Below, one piece after another: positions 25,937 to 36,207 of a stretch of 64,000 nt of DNA. The DNA lies in the IMG/VR virus record IMGVR_UViG_3300031251_000007, positions 23,782 to 87,781 of that record; one strand, 5' to 3'. The notes under the pieces are model-generated. The model saw nothing but the letters and a program-made list of their open reading frames with translations, was not told where the DNA came from and did no database searches. Each line of letters begins with the position of its first letter. Within the stretch, counting starts at the first letter, position 1. Source of the stretch: a virus. The position numbers and the translations under genes were made by a program.

Positions 25937-28900
25937 TCACGCAATGTTGGAAAAGTACGGGACGTAAACGATGTTGCCGGCGTTATCGTGCACCTGCAGA
26001 TAGCCGGTGTTGTCGCGACTCGTGCCGGCGGTGAGCTTTAGCGATCCGACGCCGGTTGACAGGGAGGTGTTCACCGCCTGGACGCCCAGCACGCAGCGCT
26101 CGGTGCCGTCCTCGGCGCGGAAGAACACCCAGGACTTTCCGGCCGCCGCGTCCTTCGCGTAGATCTGCACGGAATCGGCCGGCGACGATGTCGGCGCCGT
26201 CGCGTTGGTAATGCCGATCACGTTCTTTGCCGACGTGCCCACCGACGTGCTGCCCAGCTTCAGGTTCACGCCATCGCTGAACATGCTGAAGCCGCCGAGC
26301 GTGGTGCCACTGGTGTCGCGCAGCGAGACGAACGAGGAGCAGATGAGCGCGCCGTCGGCGTTGACGGCGAACATGACCGTCGTCCCGTTGTTCGCGAAGC
26401 CGGTGATCAGGTTTGCCGACTGGCTCGACGTCCGCCGGATGGTGATCGCCGTCATGTCGCTCGGGATCTCGAACACCATCTGCGCGGTCAGCGTGGAGGT
26501 GCTGGAGCCGATGACCAGCTTGTCGGTCGCGGTGACCAGGCGGATGGTCGTGCCGTCGTCACTCCAGCCGCCACCACCGCCGCCGGACGTCAGGTCGAGC
26601 CACGTCGAGCCGTTGTAGAAGTAGAGCTTGCTGTCGCTGCTCTTGGTGTAGAGCGCGCCCAGCTCGGTCGGCGGCGCGCCGCTCTGCGGGTAGAGGATCA
26701 TCCCGCCGGCGGCGTAGAAGCCGAAGCGTACGTTCAGATCGTTGGTCGCGGATCCCGTGTCGATGCCGCACAGGATGAACTTGTCCTTGCGGTAGCTCGA
26801 CGAGGTGCCGATGCCGTCCCAGTACGACGCGACAATCATCGCCGCCGGAATCGGGTACGACGTGTCGGCCATGTTCAGCAGGCTGGCGTTGGTCAATACG
26901 GCGCCGTTCAGCGGCGCGTAGTCGAACCCCCAGAGCGAGCGCGGCCCGTGCGACGTCAGCCCTGCGTGACCTTCGACGCTGATGGGCCGGTACTGCCGGT
27001 TCATCTTCTCGGCGCCGGCGGTGGCGAATCCGGCCGTAACGGCGAGCGGGTTGATGTGCAGCCCGCGGATCGTCCACGAGGTGTTCGTGATGTTGTGCGT
27101 GATGCTCTGGCCGAGCGTAATGCCGGTGTTGCCGCGGAAGTAGAAGCCGATCAGGTTGTGATAGGTCGACGTCGACGACTCGAGTTGCGTGTGGCCCGCC
27201 ATGAAGCAGGCTTCCGGCGAGGTGCCGCCGGCCGCACCGACGTCCGCGCCGTTGTAGTTGAGCTCGCCGCCGACGCCGACGATCAGATTCCACTGGCCAA
27301 TGCCGGCGCCGAGCTCGCACGTCGCGTCGACGCCGTACAGGTTGTAGCTCGCGAACGTGCCGGCATAGTCCGCGCCACCAGAGCCCTTGGCGAACTGGCA
27401 GTGCATGCCGCAGTACACGGCCGACTGCGCGTTCGTCGTGCCGGCGAACATATTGAGCGCGATTGCGTTTGACGGGATCATCAAACGCATTTCGTTCGTG
27501 TAGATCGCGCAGAACCGCCGCGTGGCGCTGTTGGTCGAGACGCCGTCGATCTCGTAGCGCAGGTCGCCGACCAAGCTGATGCCGGCCTGGTAGACGCTGT
27601 CGCCACCCTTCGGGATGGCGCGCGCGCCCGGGCCGATGGTCAGGTAGCGCGTTTTCATGACCGTGCGGCCGCCCTCGAGCCATGCCGCCTGGCCAGAGAT
27701 GGCGTCAGCGTGGAACGTCCGCAGCGGATACGCCGTCGACGTCGTCAGCGCCTTGGCGTAGAGCACGTTGCCGCCGGCGGAGGCCGCGACCGACTCGCCG
27801 AGCGTCAGGCCGGCCACATCGCCGGCGCCGAGCGCCCAATTCCACACCTGCGCGTTGGCGCCGTTGGCAATCGTGTTGCCGCCCGCGGCGGCTGTTAGGC
27901 TGCTGAGCGCGGCCGTGCCGGCGACGCCGCTGACCCAACTGAGTACGCCGGTGCCGTCGGTCGCGAGCACCTGGCCTGCGCTGCCGTCGTCGGGCGGCAG
28001 CGTGTACGTGATCGTGCCGCCGGACGCCGGTGCCTTGATCAGCGTCGCGCCACTCGTCGCGCCGGTGAGCGTGATGCCGAAGCCGGCTTGCGTGGTGAGC
28101 GCGCGCGTCGACAGCGCACCGGCGCTGCTGACGCTGACGTAGGTGCTGGCGCCCGAGTTGTCTTGAACTTCGAGAATGTTCGCCGACTGCGACGCCGCGC
28201 CGCGGATGCGCGTGGCAACCTTGGTCGCCAGCGACGACACGACGCCGAGCTGCGCGGCGATGTCAGCCGTTGCCGCCGCTGAATCACCGAACAAGGCGTT
28301 CAGGCTCGGGCCGAAGATCTTGAGCGCCAGATGCGCGGCGGAGAACAGATTCGCTTCGGTGTCGATGTTGACGCCGAAGAAGTGGCCGGTGCTGTTGGTG
28401 GCCCCGAGGATCGCGCCGGCGGCGCCGAGCAGGCCCGCGGCCGCCGTCGCCGTCGTCTTCGAGAAGAATCCGCCCGCTGCGGTCACACTCGCGATCGGCG
28501 TGCCACCGCTGCTTCGCCATTCGGTGAACGCGCCCGTCGGCGTCGCCGCATGTTTGATGACCAGCGGAATGTCAGATGCCGACCCGGCCTCGACGTACAG
28601 CCGCGAGTTCGCCGCCGCGGTGGTTGCGCCGACCGCCACCTGGTCGCTGACCGTCGACAGACGCACGACCGTACCATCGTCCTGCCATCCGCCACCGCCG
28701 CCGCCGGATACGGTTGCCCACGCGCACACGCCACCGGAGCCGACCTGTAGGAACTGGCCGGCGGTGAACGTCGACGGCAGCGTATAGGTGACCGTGCCGG
28801 CGCCCGAGGTTGCGGCGATCGATACCGCCTCGCTGCCGGCGCCGCCGAGCTTGATACCCTGCTTGAACGCGGGGACAGTCCCGTTGAACGTCCAGGCGCC

Positions 28901-29266
28901 GATGATCGTCTCGTTGCCCGCATTGCGCGCGAGGATCGCGCCGTCGACGATGTCCGCCTCGACGATCGCGCGGAAGCCGCAGGCGGTTGCCGAAGAGGCG
29001 AACAGCGCATGCCCGACCGTCAGACCTGAGAGCGAAAGCGCGCCGAGCGTGTGCTTGTGGCCGGGGTCGATCGAGGCCGCGTTCTTGATCAGCCACTCGT
29101 GCGAGGTGGTGACCGCGGAGCTATCGATCCCGACTTTGGCCTCAAGCGCTAAGATTGCCGCGGCTCGGTCGTTCTGATGCGCCGCCAGCACATCGTCGAC
29201 GCCGTCGGTCAGGACGGGGAACGTCGTGCCGGTGGTGTCGAGCGCCGCAGGATAGTTGATTGCCAT
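25937..29266 (-). CDS. Long tail fibre / receptor-binding protein
   Basis: N-terminal YPAALDT...AILALEAKVG. Duplicated TYTLP...W and GGGGWxDDGT..RL modules. Gly/Ala/Ser/Thr-rich. Confidence 0.8.
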   Translation of the reverse strand: MAINYPAALDTTGTTFPVLTDGVDDVLAAHQNDRAAAILALEAKVGIDSSAVTTSHEWLIKNAASIDPGHKHTLGALSLSGLTVGHALFASSATACGFRAIVEADIVDGAILARNAGNETIIGAWTFNGTVPAFKQGIKLGGAGSEAVSIAATSGAGTVTYTLPSTFTAGQFLQVGSGGVCAWATVSGGGGGGWQDDGTVVRLSTVSDQVAVGATTAAANSRLYVEAGSASDIPLVIKHAATPTGAFTEWRSSGGTPIASVTAAGGFFSKTTATAAAGLLGAAGAILGATNSTGHFFGVNIDTEANLFSAAHLALKIFGPSLNALFGDSAAATADIAAQLGVVSSLATKVATRIRGAASQSANILEVQDNSGASTYVSVSSAGALSTRALTTQAGFGITLTGATSGATLIKAPASGGTITYTLPPDDGSAGQVLATDGTGVLSWVSGVAGTAALSSLTAAAGGNTIANGANAQVWNWALGAGDVAGLTLGESVAASAGGNVLYAKALTTSTAYPLRTFHADAISGQAAWLEGGRTVMKTRYLTIGPGARAIPKGGDSVYQAGISLVGDLRYEIDGVSTNSATRRFCAIYTNEMRLMIPSNAIALNMFAGTTNAQSAVYCGMHCQFAKGSGGADYAGTFASYNLYGVDATCELGAGIGQWNLIVGVGGELNYNGADVGAAGGTSPEACFMAGHTQLESSTSTYHNLIGFYFRGNTGITLGQSITHNITNTSWTIRGLHINPLAVTAGFATAGAEKMNRQYRPISVEGHAGLTSHGPRSLWGFDYAPLNGAVLTNASLLNMADTSYPIPAAMIVASYWDGIGTSSSYRKDKFILCGIDTGSATNDLNVRFGFYAAGGMILYPQSGAPPTELGALYTKSSDSKLYFYNGSTWLDLTSGGGGGGWSDDGTTIRLVTATDKLVIGSSTSTLTAQMVFEIPSDMTAITIRRTSSQSANLITGFANNGTTVMFAVNADGALICSSFVSLRDTSGTTLGGFSMFSDGVNLKLGSTSVGTSAKNVIGITNATAPTSSPADSVQIYAKDAAAGKSWVFFRAEDGTERCVLGVQAVNTSLSTGVGSLKLTAGTSRDNTGYLQVHDNAGNIVYVPYFSNIA

Positions 29267-29278
29267 CGCCTACCTACC

Positions 29279-30016
29279 TCACGGGGGGGCAAGGGTTCCG
29301 GTGACGAGCAGAGCGTTGCCGCCCGGTGTGGTGGAGCCGACCGAGGTGATGCCGAGTTGCACCCGGTCGCCGGCGAGCAGCGCCATCGGCGAGCCGACGA
29401 CACTGTGAATCGCGTTGGTGCCGGTGGCGATCGTCGCGCTACGCGAATCGTCAGCGACCGACACGCGCTTGCGCGTCAGTGTTACTGTCAGCCCAGCGCC
29501 GACGGGTGCCGTCTCGCCGTACATCCAGATGTCGGTGAGCTTGCAGTCTTGCTCGACGAGGGCCTGCGCGATCTTGCTCGCGACCGAGGCGTTGCCTTGC
29601 ACGAGGAAACGCAGCGGCGCAGGTCGGCTGGTGGCATCGACGTACGTCTTGGTCGCCGCGTGCAGCCCCGTCGTCGGCGCGCCGGCGAGCACGAGCGGTC
29701 CCAACATCGTGCCGCCGGCCAACGGCAGCATGGCGTTGATCAGCGCCAAGATCGCCGGGCCCGGCGTGCCGTCGAGCTTCAGCAACGTCACCCACGACGT
29801 GTTGGCGGCGTCGCGCACCTTCAACTCGTCCGGCGTCGGCGTCGTGTCCCACCAGAGGAATCCGGGTTGGACGTTGAAGGTCGCCGGCTGCGTGGCCGGA
29901 TCGATGGGGCCGAACTCGCACGACTGCGCCGCGGCGATCGCCGCGTTCAGGAGTCCAATTGTCGTCGCGCCGTCCGCGAGCGCCGCCGAGGGAAGTATGG
30001 TTGCGTCTTGTGCCAT
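29279..30016 (-). CDS. Tail fibre-associated protein
   Basis: WWDT...LKVRDAANTSW and LPLAGGTMLGPL.L...PT..LHAATKTYVD fibre motifs. Confidence 0.75.
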   Translation of the reverse strand: MAQDATILPSAALADGATTIGLLNAAIAAAQSCEFGPIDPATQPATFNVQPGFLWWDTTPTPDELKVRDAANTSWVTLLKLDGTPGPAILALINAMLPLAGGTMLGPLVLAGAPTTGLHAATKTYVDATSRPAPLRFLVQGNASVASKIAQALVEQDCKLTDIWMYGETAPVGAGLTVTLTRKRVSVADDSRSATIATGTNAIHSVVGSPMALLAGDRVQLGITSVGSTTPGGNALLVTGTLAPP

Positions 30017-30017
30017 C

Positions 30018-33000
30018 TCAGAACCCCGCCGCCTGCCAGGTGAAGTCTCGCACTAGGCGCATCCCGCCCGTGGTGACGACGTCCAAATCGAATCCGGTCG
30101 TCGTCTCGTTGGTGACCCGCATCTGCTCGATCTGCGTCGGCACACCGGCTGCCCGGGGCGTCACCACCAGCCCTGGGTTGCCGCCGATCGGATAGAACGC
30201 CTTTGGATAGGTGACGTGCACCACGCCCGACACCGACGTCGTGACGCGCCCGGTGAGCGTGTAGTCGGGCGCCTCGACCGTCCACGTGAGCGCGCGGAGC
30301 TCGGCCACGATCCCGTCGACCTTGGATTCGAGAAACACGCGGAGCCGAACCCGTCCGACCAGGTAGCTCCCTGGCTTGTACGGCGCCCACTCGGGCCGTG
30401 TGTCGCCGCCGGTCCAGTCATCGCCGCTCAGATCGTCGGAGATCGAGATCTCCGGCCGGGCGGTGATCAGGTTCGCCGCGTCGACGACGTTGACCTGTCC
30501 GATCGCGCCGAAGTCTGCCGCATCGCGAATCGAGGTCGCGTCGACGGCGACGGCATCCCAGCCGACGTTGATCCGCACCAGCATCCGCCGCGCGAGCGTC
30601 ACGATGTGCGCGTCGGGGATCTGATAGTAGCCCGACATCTTCGGCGTGGCGCGCAGGTAGCCGCTGCTCGTCACCTCCAGGTTAGTGATGTGCTGCCCGA
30701 ACTGCGCGGCCATCGCGTGCGCGGCGATGCGGTCGATCGTGAGTCCGTGATTGTAGAGCGCGATCTCATCGACCACGCCGGCAAAACGCGAGAAGCCGGT
30801 GAGCGGCGCCTCGGCGCAGATGAGCTGCGCGCCGGTGGCGATCGGCGCCCCGATGGTCGCGGGCGCCACGATCGGCGTGCCGCCATTGACCACCAGGACC
30901 AGCAGCCCAAAGGTGGCGTCGCAACCGGCCACCACGTGGAGGCGCTGGCCGGCGCTGTACGCGCCTGGCGGCGTCGCGACGACCTGATCGGTGGTGTCGA
31001 GCTTCGGGAAGTGCGCCTCGATCGACCCGTCGGCTTTGACCGCGATGAACGGACCGTTGGTGTAGATGCCCTGCACGTAGCCAGACGCAACGGCGTCGGG
31101 CTGGAACACGCATTCGAGCGCCACCTGCAACAGGTTCGCCCCGACCGGGAAGCCGACGCTTGCCGCGTTCGAGCCAGAGACGCCGGTGAAGTCGACCGCC
31201 TGATCGTCGTCGCCGTTCAGAAGGCCCGGCACGAACGAGGTCTCGGTCGATGCGATCAGCGGATGCGGCCCGCCCATCTGGTCGATGATGTGACGACTGG
31301 TCGGCGCTTCGTTGAACCGGCAGTAGGTGAGCGGCTTGGCCGCCATCACATACGAGCGGTAGACGCCTGGCCCGAACTCCCGTGCCGCGCGCCACCACGA
31401 GCGCAGCTGGTTGTGGTTCATGTACTGCGGGATCAGCGCGTACTCGTCGAAGTACCCGTTGAAGCTGCCGCTGACCGGTGAACCCCGATCGCCGAAGTAG
31501 GTTGTGCCGGTGGTCACCGGGAAGGTCGCGCCGTTGATCGCGCCCTCCGGCAGCCCGTCCATCGTGAGCTCGAGGAGCCGCGTCTCCATCCCGTGCGCAT
31601 CGAAGCGCCGGAACGAGAGCGCGATCATGTGCATCTGCCCGTCGCGGAAATTCGACCCGCCCAAGATCTGCGAGCCCGAGGTCTGCGCCAGCCAGCGGAG
31701 CACACCGGAAGCCTCGACGGTGATCCACGCCCCGGTGCCCTTCGAGTACAGATAGGCTTGCGAAGTCCCCAGGCCGCTCCACTGCGCCCAGAAGATCAGC
31801 GTGAATTCGTCACGGTTCAGGTCGTTGACCGACCGCGTCAGCGTAATCCGGTCGCCGCCGCCGGCGGTGTAGACGTACGCCGAATTGGGGAAGAGATCGT
31901 TCACCACTGCCCCACCCGGCTGGAACATCTGCGTGTCGGGAACAGTCAGCGTGTAGCTGCCGGCCGACGTGCCGGGCGTGACCTCGTCGAAGACTTTCAG
32001 CGTGCCGCCCGGATAGGGCGACATCCGCCAGTAGGCGAGCGGCGCGTCGGTGATCACCAGGCTCGCGAAATCGCTCCAGCCCATCGCAAGCTCATCGGCG
32101 CCGCCGACGATGTTGCTGGCAGTCTCCGCGCTTTCCTTCAGCGGGATGCCGTACGGTTCGCCGTAGACGAATTGCGGATCACCGCCCAGGGAGACCGCGA
32201 CGCGAGCGGCCACCCAGTAGACGCCGTCGGACACGACTTCGAAGCGCGTCTCGCGCGTAGTGCCGAGCACCACCGCACGCGCCCAGCCTTGGCTGCCCTT
32301 GCGGATTTCGTACTCGACCACGCCGCGGTAGTCGGCGACCGGATCCCAGGTGAGATAGAGCCGCGCGCCGCCAGTGACGTCGACGAACTGCGCCGCCAGA
32401 TTGGTCGCCTGTGCGACCGGGCCCCAGAGATAGGTCCCGCGCACCACGTAGGTAAGCTCGGCGACGTCCTCGAGGGCCTGTTCGCCGCCGCCGTAGCGGT
32501 TGAAGGAGGTGAGCTTGAATTTCAGCGGCACCCCCACCAGTCGCGCCGGCAGGGCCAGCTTGAAGATCGCCGGGTCATCGATCCGCACGACGTTGGCGCC
32601 AGCGCGGTGGAGCTGATCCGGCGTGCCGAACCCGCCGCGGCGCAAGCCGGAGAGCGTGTAGCGGTTCGGCGCGGTCAATGCGGGATCGATGTACGACAGC
32701 ACCTCGTACGGCACGCGCAGGCTCGTATCGCCGCCGTCGATATAGAGCTGCGCTTTGAAGCGGATCGCATCGGCGATGGTCTGCACTTCCAGCTCGACGG
32801 TGCTGCCCGCTGGCGCGCGGAGCTGCACATCGAGGCTGGTGCTGGTGTCGGTCATAGCCGCCTGCAGCTTGCCCATGCGTGCGCGGTCGGTGATGCGCCC
32901 CTGCGCCTCGTAGGTCACGCCGCCGTCCTCGGACATCCAGACGGTGGCGCCGCCCCACTGTTCTTCTTGGCCGTCGGCGGCGATCCACAGCTCGAGGTCG

Positions 33001-34643
33001 CCGCCCGTGAGCTCGGCGGTCGGCTCGAAGAGCACGGGCTCGAATATCTTGCCGGGCTCGCCGCTGAAATCGGGATCCGCGCTGGACGTCAGCGACGCTT
33101 GGCGCGGATAGCGCACGACAGTGTTGAGCCCGGTAATGACCTGATCCGCTTCGACATCGATCCGCTGTCCGGTGTCGTTCTCTTTCAGCGAGCTGATGCG
33201 TACGACGAAGTTGGAGAGCTTGCGGCGTGTATGCGTGAGCGCCAACAGGTCGCCCACTTCCAGACGGGAGTACCGGAAGTCGACGGTGAACTTGGCCGTC
33301 GGGCGTCCGGATACGGCGGCGCGCACGCGCGTCTCGCCGAGCTCCTGCGCCGAGTAGGAGTCGGTCAGGTAGTGCGCCTGGAATGTGCTCGCTTCATGCG
33401 CGCCGATTTCGTCGACCGACGCTTGATCTTTCGCCTCAACGGACTTCGCCGTATAGTCGTCGCGTCGATCCAGATACTCGATCGTGTGGATGTTCTCGGC
33501 ATCGGCCGGGTCGGGATACTCCAGACTCAGATCGCCAATGAAGTCGTCGTCGGTGAGCGAGTAGCAGACCTGGATGCTGTAGCTGCCGTCAGCATTCTGC
33601 TGCAGAAACTTCGGCGTGTGCTTGACCTGATCTTGCGGCGCGGCCCACACGGGGCCCGTCGTGACGCTGTCCCACAGCGGCAGCACCTCGAGCGCGCCGT
33701 TGCTCATGCGCACGAGCGAATTGCTCTGCTCCAAAATATCGCTAATCCACTCGCGTGCTGCGCGCTGACTGTCGCACGGCACGCCCATCAAAAAGCCGTG
33801 CGCCAGGCATGCGGTGCGGTAGTCGTCGAGCGCCTCGCTGCCCGGCCAGTCCATGCCGAACACCGGGTTGGTCAGGATCTGCTGAATGATGTCGGCCGGA
33901 TTCGCCCCAACCTTCAGGACCGGATGCTCACCGTCGCTGTCGGTGTAGGTCGCCTCGCTGCTCGCGTGCGGAACGAACGTCGGTTGCGGCGGCCCGTCTT
34001 CGATGCCTTCGGTCGGGAGACTCCAGTCGCGCACGGACTGCTCGAGCGCGATGCAGAATCCCTCGAAGGTGAGGTTCGGCAGCTGCGCCTGCTGATAGAG
34101 CGGCCATTCGAGGCGACCGAGGCTTGCGAGGAACGGATACGCCAACTCGATCGAGTTGTCGGTGGACCCCACATGGCCGGGCGTCAGCGAGGTCCAGAGC
34201 TTGCGGCCCGAACCGAGCAGCCGGTCATACGAATCGCGCCACGCGGGCTGATGCTCGGAGCCCGGAAAGATCCGCCCGCCGAAGTTGGGCGGGCGAATGA
34301 CCCCGTCGTCGCCGACGTGGTCGAAGTCCGCGAGCGTGATGAACGTGTCACGCTTGTAGAGCGTGCGAATGCCCTCGATTGGCCCCTCGCCGATCGCCCA
34401 CTGCAGCGAGACGAAATAGATGTATTGATCGTTGGTCGGATGCGCGGCGCCGAATCCTGACCCCGGTGTCTTGAACACGATTCCGGCCGCCGGCTGGTGC
34501 TGCAGCTTGCCCATCCAGATGAGCCGCGGCGTGACCATACAGCGACCGAAGTTGACGGCAATGACCTCGCCGTAGGCCGTCGTCGATACATCGACGCCCT
34601 TGGCGGGCTTCGTGCCCTGCGACTTGGGGAGCTTCGCGCCCAT
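30018..34643 (-). CDS. Tail tip / host-specificity protein (GTA-like megatron) with two LamG-like domains
   Basis: GEGPI, LPNLTFE, NPADII, RLEVGD and LRRGGFGT. Two PLAYWR/PLTYCRFNE...F.G..DE.AL LamG-type repeats. Confidence 0.85.
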   Translation of the reverse strand: MGAKLPKSQGTKPAKGVDVSTTAYGEVIAVNFGRCMVTPRLIWMGKLQHQPAAGIVFKTPGSGFGAAHPTNDQYIYFVSLQWAIGEGPIEGIRTLYKRDTFITLADFDHVGDDGVIRPPNFGGRIFPGSEHQPAWRDSYDRLLGSGRKLWTSLTPGHVGSTDNSIELAYPFLASLGRLEWPLYQQAQLPNLTFEGFCIALEQSVRDWSLPTEGIEDGPPQPTFVPHASSEATYTDSDGEHPVLKVGANPADIIQQILTNPVFGMDWPGSEALDDYRTACLAHGFLMGVPCDSQRAAREWISDILEQSNSLVRMSNGALEVLPLWDSVTTGPVWAAPQDQVKHTPKFLQQNADGSYSIQVCYSLTDDDFIGDLSLEYPDPADAENIHTIEYLDRRDDYTAKSVEAKDQASVDEIGAHEASTFQAHYLTDSYSAQELGETRVRAAVSGRPTAKFTVDFRYSRLEVGDLLALTHTRRKLSNFVVRISSLKENDTGQRIDVEADQVITGLNTVVRYPRQASLTSSADPDFSGEPGKIFEPVLFEPTAELTGGDLELWIAADGQEEQWGGATVWMSEDGGVTYEAQGRITDRARMGKLQAAMTDTSTSLDVQLRAPAGSTVELEVQTIADAIRFKAQLYIDGGDTSLRVPYEVLSYIDPALTAPNRYTLSGLRRGGFGTPDQLHRAGANVVRIDDPAIFKLALPARLVGVPLKFKLTSFNRYGGGEQALEDVAELTYVVRGTYLWGPVAQATNLAAQFVDVTGGARLYLTWDPVADYRGVVEYEIRKGSQGWARAVVLGTTRETRFEVVSDGVYWVAARVAVSLGGDPQFVYGEPYGIPLKESAETASNIVGGADELAMGWSDFASLVITDAPLAYWRMSPYPGGTLKVFDEVTPGTSAGSYTLTVPDTQMFQPGGAVVNDLFPNSAYVYTAGGGDRITLTRSVNDLNRDEFTLIFWAQWSGLGTSQAYLYSKGTGAWITVEASGVLRWLAQTSGSQILGGSNFRDGQMHMIALSFRRFDAHGMETRLLELTMDGLPEGAINGATFPVTTGTTYFGDRGSPVSGSFNGYFDEYALIPQYMNHNQLRSWWRAAREFGPGVYRSYVMAAKPLTYCRFNEAPTSRHIIDQMGGPHPLIASTETSFVPGLLNGDDDQAVDFTGVSGSNAASVGFPVGANLLQVALECVFQPDAVASGYVQGIYTNGPFIAVKADGSIEAHFPKLDTTDQVVATPPGAYSAGQRLHVVAGCDATFGLLVLVVNGGTPIVAPATIGAPIATGAQLICAEAPLTGFSRFAGVVDEIALYNHGLTIDRIAAHAMAAQFGQHITNLEVTSSGYLRATPKMSGYYQIPDAHIVTLARRMLVRINVGWDAVAVDATSIRDAADFGAIGQVNVVDAANLITARPEISISDDLSGDDWTGGDTRPEWAPYKPGSYLVGRVRLRVFLESKVDGIVAELRALTWTVEAPDYTLTGRVTTSVSGVVHVTYPKAFYPIGGNPGLVVTPRAAGVPTQIEQMRVTNETTTGFDLDVVTTGGMRLVRDFTWQAAGF

Positions 34644-35125
34644 TAGGTCGCCGCCTCCCAGCAGTGCAGACTCCAGAGACTATCCGTGATGTCAGCGAGC
34701 GTGCGGTCCTGATCAAGGTTGGTGCGCACGACGCGACCCGCCGGCTGGTACGCATGGATGACCCATGGCCACGCTTCGACGATCGCGCCGTGCGTGACGC
34801 GCGCCACGACGCGCCGCCCCGTCGTCATCGGCACGCGAAAGAGCACGATGTCGCCGGGCAGCGCTGCGCGAATCACCTCGCGCGCAAAGCGGCCAATGAC
34901 CTCGCGATACATCTGCTCGCCGGCGCGCAGGCGCGCGAGCGCGCCCTTGTACGGCTGCGGCTCAGGTTGCGAGATGAGGCAGCAGGCCGCGTAGACCCGC
35001 AAGAGAATCATCGCGCAATCGACGCCGGCGCCCTTGCAGCCCTGGCTTGCGACGTACGGCGTATCGATCCAGCTTGCGGCCTCGATAGCCACCTGCGCGC
35101 GCTGTTCCATCTGCAACACCGTCAT
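34643..35125 (-). CDS. NlpC/P60 tail peptidase
   Basis: WIDTPY, GVDCA, PGDIVLF, HGAI and IHAY. Confidence 0.9.
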   Translation of the reverse strand: MTVLQMEQRAQVAIEAASWIDTPYVASQGCKGAGVDCAMILLRVYAACCLISQPEPQPYKGALARLRAGEQMYREVIGRFAREVIRAALPGDIVLFRVPMTTGRRVVARVTHGAIVEAWPWVIHAYQPAGRVVRTNLDQDRTLADITDSLWSLHCWEAAT

Positions 35126-36207
35126 GACTCGGGATCCGTCTCGGGAACCTTCACGACCACGTCGGTCAGATCCTTCATCTTGGTGCCGGTGATCGCTGCT
35201 TCCGGTGGGACGTTCGGGAAACCGCGATAGCGCGCCTGGTTCGAGAGTTTCGCGCAGCCGCCGCCGTACGTCTTGTCGCAGCCAGGCGAGAGCACGAACT
35301 GATCGCCCTGCGCCGGTGGATATGGCAACGGCATCGTCAGCTCGAAATTTCCGTCGCCGGGATGCTGCTTGACGGTGCGCCGCACAAAGGAGTTGAGCCC
35401 CGTCGTGAAGCGGATGACACCCTCATCGAAGTACCCCGGCGGCTTGTTGCGTGCGCCGACGGTTCGCACCGCATCGGCGCGGATCGATGACAGTGTCGAA
35501 CCGATCGCCACCGCCCCCGGCAGTTCGAAATCTTCACGACGGAGACCGCAACCTGTACCGAACAGCGGCCATACGCAGCCCGGCCGATATACGTAGCGAG
35601 GGAAGTCGGCGGCGAGCAGATTGAGTGCGGACTTGACCGTCAGCTCGATGCGCGTCTCGGTCGGCACCGTTACCTTACCGACGTAGCCGGTGAACCGCTC
35701 GAGCGCGCCCGTGGCGTTGAAGATCAGCACGCGCGACTGCGGCGATGCGTTCACATTATTCGGCAGCAGTGCATTCGGATCGGTGAACGTTGGGTCGAGG
35801 ATCGGTCCCGGCATCGGCGCAAAGGCGCGCCACACGGTCACCGACGCTCCAGCTGAGAACAGGCCGTTTTGCGCGGCAATCAGCAACGGGGCCGGAAGCA
35901 ATGGTTGCGCCACGGTGCCGGTAACACCGGGGTCCGTTCCGCCCGCGGTATCGATTGGTGCCAGCTTTATCGTCAGGTCATCGACCTGCAGCCCCGGCTT
36001 CTCGCTGACCGCGCCAATGGTGACCCGGGCGCCGTCATGACGGAACACGGCGGCGCCCTTTTCGGGGAACTGCAGGCTGACGTCGGCCTCGGTGTATCTC
36101 AGCGTGAAGCCGTAGCGGGTGACGATCTCAACGGCGCGCGTCGACCAGAAACGGCGCGCCCCAGACTGCTCCAAGAGCGCCACGAGAGCCGGCAGGGCGG
36201 TCTTCAT
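35122..36207 (-). CDS. DUF2163/BR0599-like tail hub protein
   Basis: C.WPLFG.GCGL, FTTGLN and PGCDKT...C..LSN...YRGFP.VP. Confidence 0.88.
   Translation of the reverse strand: MKTALPALVALLEQSGARRFWSTRAVEIVTRYGFTLRYTEADVSLQFPEKGAAVFRHDGARVTIGAVSEKPGLQVDDLTIKLAPIDTAGGTDPGVTGTVAQPLLPAPLLIAAQNGLFSAGASVTVWRAFAPMPGPILDPTFTDPNALLPNNVNASPQSRVLIFNATGALERFTGYVGKVTVPTETRIELTVKSALNLLAADFPRYVYRPGCVWPLFGTGCGLRREDFELPGAVAIGSTLSSIRADAVRTVGARNKPPGYFDEGVIRFTTGLNSFVRRTVKQHPGDGNFELTMPLPYPPAQGDQFVLSPGCDKTYGGGCAKLSNQARYRGFPNVPPEAAITGTKMKDLTDVVVKVPETDPES

Noticed and set aside
31593-34460. 955-aa + strand ORF and many similar antisense ORFs
   Set aside because: High-GC antisense shadows of well-supported - strand genes, with no recognisable motifs.
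25937-34643. Diversity-generating retroelement or invertible tail-fibre cassette
   Set aside because: No reverse transcriptase or invertase recognised. The internal repeats are diverged protein modules, not TR/VR pairs.
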